Assembly: GCA_964016885.1 (NCBI GenBank)
Contig: OZ024756.1
Coordinates: 41,106,001-41,170,000 of the forward strand
Direction of reading: 5' to 3'
Length of the DNA stretch: 64,000 nucleotides
Source of the DNA: Eledone cirrhosa
Lineage: Eukaryota
The stretch's first letter is position 1; every line of letters begins with the position of its first letter. The notes under the pieces were generated by a model. It had not been told where the DNA came from, made no database searches, and saw nothing but the letters and a program-made list of their open reading frames with translations. Shown here piece by piece: positions 53,745 to 64,000 of the stretch. The position numbers and the translations under genes were made by a program.

Positions 53745-56700
53745 TGATGGTATGGTGTGTGTATGTTGATAGTGATAATATGGTGTATGTGTGTTGATAG
53801 TGATAATATGGTGTATGTGTGTTGATAGTGATAATATGGTGTATGTGTGTTGATAGTGATAATATGGTGTGTGTGTGTGTATGTTGATAGTGATAATATA
53901 GTGTGTGTGTGTGTGTGTGTGTGTGTTCATAGTGATAATATAGTGTGTGTGTGTTGATAGTGATAATATGGTGTATGTGTGTTGATAGTGATAATATAGT
54001 GTGTGTGTATGTGTTGATAGTGATAATATTGTGTGTGTGTGTTGATAGTGATAATATAGTGTGTGTGTGTGTTGATAGTGATAATATAGTGTGTGTGTGT
54101 GTTGATAGTGATAATATAGTGTGTGTGTGTGTTGATAGTGATAATATAGTGTGTGTGTGTTGATAGTGATAATATGGTGTGTGTGTGTGTGTTGATAGTG
54201 ATAATATAGTGTGTGTGTGTTGATAGTGATAATATAGTGTGTGTGTGTGTGTTGATAGTGATAATATGGTGTGTGTGTGTTGATAGTGATAATATAGTGT
54301 GTGTGTGTTGATAGTGATAATATAGTGTGTGTGTTGATAGTGATAATATGGTGTGTATGTGTTGATTGTGATAATATAGTGTGTGTGTGTTGATTGTGAT
54401 AATATAGTGTGTGTGTGTGTGTTGATAGTGATAATATGGTGTGTGTGTGTGTGTTGATAGTGATAATATGGTGTGTGTGTGTGTGTTGATAGTGATAATA
54501 TGGTGTGTGTGTGTTGATAGTGATAATATGGTGTGTATGTGTTGATTGTGATAATATAGTGTGTGTGTGTGTGTTGATAGTGATAATATAGTGTGTGTGT
54601 GTTGATAGTGATAATATAGTGTGTGTGTGTTGATAGTGATAATATAGTGTGTGTGTGTGTGTGTTGATAGTGATAATATGGTGTGTATGTGTTGATCGTG
54701 ATAATATTGTGTGTGTATGTGTTGATAGTGATAATATGGTGTGTATGTGTTGATTGTGATAATATAGTGTGTGTGTGTGTTGATAGTGATAATATAGTGT
54801 GTGTGTGTGTTGATAGTGATAATATAGTGTGTGTGTGTGTGTGTTGATAGTGATAATATTGTGTGTGTGTGTGTTGATAGTGATAATATGGTGTGTGTGT
54901 GTTGATTGTGATAATATGGTGTGTGTGTGTTGATTGTGATAATATGGTGTGTGTGTGTTGATAGTGATAATATGGTGTGTGTGTGTTGATAGTGATAATA
55001 TAGTGTGTGTGTGTTGATAGTGATAATATGGTGTGTGTGTGTTGATTGTGATAATAGTGTGTGTGTGTTGATTGTGATAATATGGTGTGTGTGTGTTGAT
55101 TGTGATAATATAGTGTGTGTGTGTTGATTGTGATAATATGGTGTGTGTGTGTTGATTGTGATAATATAGTGTGTGTGTGTTGATAGTGATAATATGGTGT
55201 GTGTGTTGATTGTGATAATATAGTGTGTGTGTGTTGATTGTGATAATATGGTGTGTGTGTGTTGATTGTGATAATATAGTGTGTGTGTGTTGATAGTGAT
55301 AATATGGTGTGTGTGTGTGTGTTGATAGTGATAATATGGTGTGTGTTGATAGTGATAATATGGTGTGTGTGTGTTGATTGTGATAACAGTGTGTGTGTGT
55401 GTTGATAGTGATAATATAGTGTGTGTGTGTGTGTTGATAGTGATAATATGGTGTGTGTGTGTTGATAGTGATAATATGGTGTGTGTGTTGATTGTGATAA
55501 TATAGTGTGTATGTGTTGATAGTGATAATAGAGTGTGTATGTGTTGATAGTGATAATATAGTGTGTGTGTTGATAGTGATAATATAGTGTGTGTGTGTGT
55601 GTTGATAGTGATAATATGGTATGTGTGTGTTGATAGTGATAATATGGTGTGTGTGTGTTGATAGTGATAATATAGTGTGTGTGTGTTGATAGTGATAATA
55701 TGGTGTGTGTGTGTGTGTTGATAGTGATAATATAGTTTGTGTGTGTGTTGATAGTGATAATATAGTGTGTGTGTGTTGATAGTGATAATATGGTGTGTGT
55801 GTGTTGATAGTGATAATATAGTGTGTGTGTGTTGATAGTGATAATATAGTGTGTGTGTGTGTGTTGATAGTGATAATATGGTATGTGTCTGTTGATAGTG
55901 ATAATATGGTGTGTGTGTGTTGATAGTGATAATATAGTGTGTGTGTGTTGATAGTGATAATATGGTGTGTGTGTGTTGATAGTGATAATATAGTGTGTGT
56001 GTGTTGATAGTGATAATATGGTGTGTGTGTGTTGATAGTGATAATATAGTGTGTGTGTGTGTTGATAGTGATAATATGGTGTGTGTGTGTTGATAGTGAT
56101 AATATAGTGTGTGTGTGTTGATAGTGATAATATGGTGTGTGTGTGTTGATAGTGATAATATAGTGTGTGTGTGTGTTGATAGTGATAATATAGTGTGTGT
56201 GTGTTGATAGTTATAATATAGTGTGTGTGTGTGTGTTGATAGTGATAATATAGTGTGTGTGTGTGTGTTGATAGTGATAATATAGTGTGTGTGTGTTGAT
56301 AGTGATAATATAGTGTGTGTGTGTTGATAGTGATAACATGGTGTGTGTGTGTTGATAGTGATAATATAGTGTGTGTGTGTTGATAGTGATAATATGGTGT
56401 GTGTGTGTTGATAGTGATAATATAGTGTGTGTGTGTGTGTGTTGATAGTGATAATATAGTGTGTGTGTGTTGATAGTGATAATATAGTGTGTATGTGTTG
56501 ATTGTGATAATATAGTGTGTGTTGATAGTGATAATATAGTGTGTGTGTGTTGATAGTGATAATATAGTGTGTGTGTGTGTTGATAGTGATAATATAGTGT
56601 GTGTGTGTGTGTTGATAGTGATAATATAGTGTGTGTGTGTGTGTTGATAGTGATAATATGGTGTGTGTGTGTTGATAGTGATAATATAGTTTGTGTGTGT

Positions 56701-59525
56701 GTGTGTTGATAGTGATAATATAGTGTGTATGTGTTGATAGTGATAATATAGTGTGTGTGTTGATAGTGATAATATAGTGTGTGTGTGTGTGTTGATAGTG
56801 ATAATATGGTATGTGTGTGTTGATAGTGATAATATGGTGTGTGTGTGTGTGTTGATAGTGATAATATAGTGTGTGTGTGTGTTGATAGTGATAATATAGT
56901 GTGTGTGTGTTGATAGTGATAATATAGTGTTTGTGTGTGTTGATAGTGATAATAAGGTGTGTGTGTGTGTGTGTTGATAGTGATAATATAGTGTGTGTGT
57001 GTGTTGATAGTGATAATATAGTGTGTGTGTGTGTGTTGATAGTGATAATATGGTATGTGTGTGTTGATAGTGATAATATAGTGTGTGTGTGTTGATAGTG
57101 ATAATATAGTGTGTGTGTGTTGATAGTGATAATATGGTGTGTGTGTGTTGATAGTGATAATATAGTGTGTGTGTGTTGATAGTGATAATATAGTGTGTGT
57201 GTGTTGATAGTGATAATATGGTGTGTGTGTGTTGATAGTGATAATATAGTGTGTGTGTGTTGATAGTGATAATATAGTGTGTGTGTGTGTTGATAGTGAT
57301 AATATAGTGTGTGTGTGTGTGTTGATAGTGATAATATAGTGTGTGTGTGTGTGTTGATAGTGATAATATGGTGTGTGTGTGTTGATAGTGATAATATGGT
57401 GTGTATGTGTTGATAGTGATAATATAGTGTATGTGTTGATAGTGATAATATGGTGTGTGTGTGTTGATAATGATAATATAGTGTGTATGTGTTGATTGTG
57501 ATAATATAGTGTGTGTGTGTGTTGATAGTGATAATATTGTGTGTGTGTGTATGTTGATAGTGATAATATAGTGTGTGTGTGTGTGTTGATAGTGATAATA
57601 TGGTCTGTGTGTGTGTTGATAGTGATAATATTGTGTGTGTGTGTGTTGATAGTGATAATATAGTGTGTGTGCGTGTGTGTTGATAGTGATAATATGGTCT
57701 GTGTGTGTTGATAGTGATAATATGGTCTGTGTGTGTTGATAGTGATAATATAGTGTGTGTGTGTTGATTGTGATAATATTGTGTGTGTGTGTTGATAGTG
57801 ATAATATAGTGTGTGTCTGTTGATTGTGATAATATAGTGTGTGTGTATGTGTTGATAGTGATAATATGGTGTGTGTGTGTTGATAGTGATAATATGGTGT
57901 GTGTGTATGTGTTGATTGTGATAATATAGTGTGTGCGTGTTGATAGTGATAATATGGTATGTGTGTGTTGATAGTGATAATATTGTGTGTGTGTGTGTTG
58001 ATAGTGATAATATGGTGTGTGTGTGTTGATAGTGATAATATAGTGTGTATGTGTTGATAGTGATAATATAGTGTGTATGTGTTGATAGTGATAATATAGT
58101 GTGTATGTGTTGATAGTGATAATATAGTGTGTATGTGTTGATAGTGATAATATAGTGTGTATGTGTTGATAGTGATAATATTGTGTGTGTGTGTTGATAG
58201 TGATAATATTGTGTGTGTGTGTTGATAGTGATATAGTGTGTGTGTGTTGATAGTGATAATATAGTGTGTGTGTGTTGATAGTGATAATATGGTGTGTGTG
58301 TATGTGTTGATTGTGATAATATAGTGTGTGTGTGTTGATAGTGATAATATGGTATGTGTGTGTTGATAGTGATAATATTGTGTGTGTGTGTGTTGATAGT
58401 GATAATATGGTGTGTGTGTGTTGATAGTGATAATATAGTGTGTATGTGTTGATAGTGATAATATAGTGTGTATGTGTTGATAGTGATAATATAGTGTGTA
58501 TGTGTTGATAGTGATAATATAGTGTGTGTGTGTTGATAGTGATAATATAGTGTGTATGTGTTGATAGTGATAATATAGTGTGTATGTGTTGATAGTGATA
58601 ATATAGTGTGTATGTGTTGATAGTGATAATATAGTGTGTATGTGTTGATAGTGATAATATAGTGTGTGTGTGTTGATAGTGATAATATAGTGTGTATGTG
58701 TTGATAGTGATAATATAGTGTGTATGTGTTGATAGTGATAATATTGTGTGTGTGTGTTGATAGTGATATAGTGTGTGTGTGTTGATAGTGATAATATAGT
58801 GTGTGTGTATGTGTTGATAGTGATAATATGGTGTGTGTATGTGTTGATAGTGATAATATAGTGTGTGTGTGTGTTGATAGTGATAATATAGTGTGTGTGT
58901 GTGTGTTGATAGTGATAATATGGTATGTGTGTGTTGATAGTGATAATATGGTGTGTGTGTGTTGATAGTGATAATATAGTGTGTGTGTGTTGATAGTGAT
59001 AATATGGTGTGTGTGTGTTGATAGTGATAATATAGTGTGTGTGTGTTGATAGTGATAATATGGTGTGTGTGTGTTGATAGTGATAATATAGTGTGTGTGT
59101 GTTGATAGTGATAATATAGTGTGTGTGTGTTGATAGTGATAATATGGTGTGTGTGTGTTGATAGTGATAATATAGTGTGTGTGTGTTGATAGTGATAATA
59201 TAGTGTGTGTGTTTGTGTTGATAGTGATAATATAGTGTGTGTGTGTGTGTTGATAGTGATAATATGGTGTGTGTGTGTGTTGATAGTGATAATATGGTGT
59301 GTGTGTGTGTGTTGATAGTGATAATATAGTGTGTGTGTGTGTGTTGATAGTGATAATATAGTGTGTGTGTGTGTGTTGATAGTGATAATATGGTGTGTGT
59401 GTGTTGATAGTGATAATATAGTGTGTGTGTGTGTGTTGATAGTGATAATATAGTGTGTGTGTGTGTGTTGATAGTGATAATATGGTGTGTGTGTGTTGAT
59501 AGTGATAATATAGTGTGTGTGTATG
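53745..59525. repeat. ~5.8-kb compound satellite, unit TTGATAGTGATAATAT(A/G)(GT)n, roughly 190 copies
   Basis: Fixed ~17-bp core with variable GT spacer; copy number estimated from length; three more units at ~59660-59740. Confidence 0.95.
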
Positions 59526-60132
59526 TAGATGGAATATATGTCAGTGTATATTTGTGGAATATCCTTTGATCAATGGATTGATTTTTTCCCCTCTAATCCC
59601 TTTTTAGAATTAGGTTCACTGACAGAAGGGAGGTCAATGAAAGGTGTGTGTGTGTGTGTATGTTGAGAGTGATAATATAGTGTGTGTGTGTTGATAGTGA
59701 TAATATTGTGTGTGTGTGTGTTGATAGTGATAATATGGTAAGTGTGTGATGATGATGATTTAGTACATGTCTTCATGCACAATATAGGGTGTATACCCAA
59801 CTATGTATAAATGTATAACAAGGGTTTATGAAATGGAGGGCAACGGGTGTATTACCAAATTTTGTGAATAAGTATAGCACTCACACCTGTGTAACTGCAG
59901 GGTAATGAGGGCATTACCAAGTTTAAAATAAGTATACCACACCTGTATGTACCTGTGTATATATGTAGAATTACCAAGTTTAAAATAAGATACCACACCT
60001 GTATGTGTGTACCTGTGTATGTAGAATTATCAAGTTTTAAATAAGTATACACACACGTATGTACCTGTGTATGTATGTAGAAGAGATAGAGGGCATCTAT
60101 GAAAGTCTGTTGTTGCTGTTTAGCCCCAGGTC

Positions 60133-60825
60133 CCTAAGGAAGCTAGGTGTAGGTAAATGGTTTATAAGAGTGGTGTACAGCCATGTGCAAAGGTGTTGTC
60201 AAAGTGAAAGTAGGCAATGAGTTGAGTAAGGAATTCAGTGAGCAGGGTGGGCAGCGTCTATCAACATTTGGTTTTCATTATAATTCACCAGGCCATAACA
60301 GAAGATAGGTTGTTCTTCAGTTGTGTCAAAAACATGACAACCTCTCTAGTGCTGATGCCACAATAGAATGCACTTGGTAGAGCATGGGACCATATGTAAG
60401 CAAGATGTGGACTCCCAGTCTGTCGGGGCCAATATCCGTTTCAGTACTGACACCGTCTGTGAAAACCCATCAAACTCTCGCTAGTAGGGAAAGCAGAAAA
60501 TAAATGATGATGATGATTACCCTGACACTCCTATATGTTCATTACCTAGTTATAGTTGAATCTGTGGATGATTTAGAGAAGAAATTCCAGGTGTGGGAAC
60601 AAAACCTAGTTATAGTTGAATCTGTGGATGATTTAGAGAAGAAATTCCAGGTGTGGGAACAAAACCTAGACTCAAAAGGGAGCAAAGTTAATGAAACAGG
60701 ACCCTGTTGTCATCTTAAGGGCCATATGTAGAAAAAGAGTTAGGAGAGACTACATACCATGTACCCAGTGTAAACTATAGGTGCACAAAATATGTAGTGG
60801 TACCACAGACAGGTTAACAGAGATT
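60133..60825 (+). mobile_element. Decayed RTE-type LINE reverse transcriptase fragment, interrupted by a SINE (~60307-60518)
   Basis: Frameshifted LRKLGVGKWFIRVV...VKVGNELSKEFS...FIIIHQAITED; LLYVHYLVIVESVDDLEKKFQVWEQNLDSKGSKVN (decayed YADD region); then a Cys/His-rich ICRK...PCTQCKL*VHKICSG segment. Confidence 0.75.
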
Positions 60826-61482
60826 TAGCGTGTGTCCTTTGGACAGTAACTCCAAGTACTGAGCTGGTCTGTAATAACCTGTCCAACCTCTGCCACCATA
60901 AAAAAACAAACAAACAGATGTATGGACTCCTAACTCCTGATGGAGTTGTAGGAGTACAGTCATCATATATGGCATGCCTTGGGCACTTTAAAACTGGCAG
61001 AGCCTACCCACTCTTTAAGTCTGATTTCTTTCAAAGAAGGAGAAAAAGGAAATGAGAAAGAGATACAGAGGAAGAATCAACCCCAGAACTAGACTGATAC
61101 TTTATTTTACCAACCTTGAAAGGATAAAGGGTAACCTTGGCAACCCAGAGCCAGAGAGTTGAAACAAATACCTCAAAACATTCTATGGGATGTTTTACAA
61201 CTCTACCAATTTAACACCTTAATTAAAGGGACTACATATTGATGATAGTATGTAGCTATATAGTAAAAGGGATCAACATGATACTGTGTAGCTATAGAGT
61301 AAGTAAAATAAAATGGGTCGTCATAATGTGTAGCTATATAGTAAATATAATTATAGGTATTCAATTGTTGGATCAACTGAAGTACTTAGTCTTGTACTCT
61401 TAACTTAATCCTCTCACACAACAGGACACAATATGTAACATGGCATGATGACTTCAAATACAGGTATAATTAACATTCAAAT

Positions 61483-61746
61483 ACAGGTACATACTGCCTT
61501 CCGGTACAGGTACACATTGCCTTTGGGTACAGGTACACACTGTTTTCAGGTACAGGTACACACTGCCTTCAGGTATACAGACATTCTTCAGTTACAGGCA
61601 CAGACCGTTTTCAATTACAGGTGCAGTTAACCTTAAATTACAGGTACAAGTCGCTTTGAGTTGTATTGCCGGCTCAATCAGGCTTCAATTACAAGTAGAG
61701 ACCGTCTTCAGGTACAGGTAGAGTTAACCTTCAATTACAGGTACAA
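61483..61746. repeat. Degenerate ~22-bp tandem repeat (caggtacacactgccttcaggta)
   Basis: Recurring acaggtac anchors. Confidence 0.7.
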
Positions 61747-62544
61747 TCTGCAGAACAACCTCCGAATCTTTCGGTCTACCCAGTTTCATTCACAAATATT
61801 TAGTAGACACTAGAAGACACTTTCCCAAGGTGGGATAGAATCCAGGTGTTCAAGATTGCCAAGAGGCCGCTTAATCATAAATACCTACGCAGATGAAGTA
61901 ATATGTACACACATATATACACACACACACACATACATAAATATACATCTATGTATACGTATATCCGCAATAATATGGATTTATACATACATGTAAAAAA
62001 GAATATATATATATATATATATATATATAAACACATGTTAAAACACGCGTACGACCATCTTAGGGGCAGATTTAACCCCACAAAAAATATCCTAGGTCAA
62101 AATACTGGGAATTTTCTACAGGACATTAATTAATTAAGCAAATATTGACTAGACAAAACACGCAAAAAAAAAATACAAATGAAATCGGTTTTAAACTGGA
62201 CCAAGTAGACTAGCCAGTGTGTATAAAATGTTTTCTTTCATCGTTACACAGGGCTTGATATATAATATATACATACAGTATATTATATATATATATACAC
62301 AGGAAAGTAGCAGTCAAAAACGTAAGCATGTCTCAGAAAAGTGCAATGGCCAATGTGAAGTGTGGTCTTTATTCTGAATGAGAAGTGCCAACATGCCTTC
62401 TTCCTGCCATCTGCTCTCTTCCATTCATCACACAATCGTCGTCATCATCCTCTCGACACCACACGTCTCCTTTAAACTTACTTCAACACATTTCATTATA
62501 TAAAAAAAATAAAAAGGAAAAACAAAAAAATAGCTCATTGATGA

Positions 62545-62740
62545 GAAGGCCGACATGGTCGCTCGATCGACTTACTAGAAAGAGCAGCCAAATCACCTTT
62601 CTTCCAGACAGACAGACACACGCACCTACCGTGTTAAACCAGGAAAAGACAGACTGAGCATTATTGTCCGAGATAGTCATGGTAGGAATGGCTATTAATC
62701 ATAGGTCTACTCAGGACTGTGTTAGGGCTAAACAATAACT
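62545..62740 (+). mobile_element. SINE-like repeat, family D
   Basis: ctagaaagagcagccaaatc...aatcataggtctactc...gggctaaacaataac; related pieces at 2860-2965 (-), 10455-10545, 13785-13850 (-) and 63870-63920 (-). Confidence 0.55.
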
Positions 62741-63389
62741 TCCTTCGACACCTTTCAGAAAATTTCAGCCTCCTCATGTACGAAAACAAAGATAGGTCAA
62801 TTCGGTTTATTCTCTTTCTTTAAACAGTTTTCTTTTAAAAGACACATTTTTATATAAAACATATTTATAGATTATTAATGAATAAACTAACAAAATATTA
62901 CTAGAATAAATAGAAAAATAAAACGCAAATGCTAAAAGAAAGAAAAAATCTTTATATGAATAATGAATAACATTTAGAGCAAGAGAAAGAGATTTATAAT
63001 ATACATATATATTATATATTTGCAATTAATATTTTAAAGTACGAAGTGTCTTCACGTTAAAGGTCTTTATGAGAAAGTATAAGGAGCAGAAAAAGGGTTT
63101 ATAGAACTAACCCTAAACCCTTTGTATTTCTAAAGCCCTCCAAACTTAACACAAACCGAATTAGATCGAGAAAAACTACAGAAGTGAACTTGACAACATA
63201 AAATGAATATGTAGACATATTTCTTTTTTCTTCTATTAAATCTCTATGTATTATTTCGTCGTTGACTTCCTCGAGATATAATAATTTTCTGGATCAAATA
63301 TTCGTCCATAAACCAGCTTCTTCTTCTTGCCTAAGTTGCCTTTAATTGAGAAAAGCTGTATATGTTATTGTTTAGCCCCAGGTCAGTTG

Positions 63390-63825
63390 TGGTCGTGTAA
63401 AGCCACGATCAGAGGTATAACTGCAGCTTTGATCGGTCTACCTCCTGTCCTGGTCGTGTAAAGCCACGATCAATGGTATTACTGCAGCCTTGACCAGTCT
63501 AGTTCTTGTCCTGGCTGTGTAAAGCCACGATTAGAGGTATAACAACAGCCTTGACCAGGCAACCTCTTGTCCTGGTCGTGTAAAGCCGCGATCAGAGGTA
63601 CAACACACACCATCACTGCCCAGCCTACCTCCTGTCCTGGTCATATAAAGCCACGATCAGAGGTATAACATAAGTCTTGACCAGTCTACCTCTTGTCCTG
63701 GTGGTGTAAAGCCAGGATCAGAGGTATTACTGCAGCATTAACCAGACTACCCCTTGTCATGGTCGTGTAAAGCAACGATCAAAGGTATAACACCAGTCTT
63801 GACCAGTCTAGCTCTTGTCCTGGCC
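63390..63825. repeat. ~61-bp diverged tandem repeat with internal hairpins, ~7 copies
   Basis: cctggtcgtgtaaagccacgatcagaggtataacagcagccttgaccagtctacctcttgt. Confidence 0.9.
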
Positions 63826-63966
63826 GACATATCAACTCAGTCAGCAATAGAGTAAGAATTGTGAGGTGAGTGGCTGCTATTTCTAGCAAATATAATAACC
63901 ACGCAGAGACTTCCTCATATATGAGATTGTAATGGGCTTGAAGAAATATATATCTCTATCTATCTA

Positions 63967-63999
<33 letters not shown>

Positions 64000-64000
64000 T

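Noticed and set aside
53745-59525. CRISPR-like repeat/spacer pattern
   Set aside because: Spacers are only (GT)n length variants, there are no cas genes, and the context is eukaryotic.
63390-63825. Twister or pistol ribozyme in the 61-bp unit
   Set aside because: Lacks the twister pseudoknot-forming loop and the pistol P3 and conserved linkers; SINE-tail origin is simpler.

Overview
AT-rich, microsatellite-laden animal genomic DNA; the SINE/LINE content and long (TA)n/(CA)n arrays resemble an octopod cephalopod (inference). Three protein-coding genes are supported: an 11-exon ZNHIT2 (9918-16707, +, ~407 aa, assembled by hand), an intronless N6AMT1/HEMK2 methyltransferase (18733-19410, +), and a single-coding-exon 12-finger C2H2 zinc-finger gene with a long Q/H-rich tail (48049-45470, -). 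The rest is tRNA-derived SINEs, decayed RTE-type LINE fragments, MITEs, minisatellites and a 5.8-kb GATA-rich satellite. The most notable unannotated signal is about ten minimal type-I hammerhead-ribozyme-like motifs with short palindromic stem III. Most sit in four divergent inverted pairs (5.3, 24.2, 28.0-28.4 and 40.6 kb), and two related copies show compensatory stem changes. Almost all long ORFs in the supplied track (IYIY/VCVC) are microsatellite artefacts. All structures were read by eye; no folding or database search was run.
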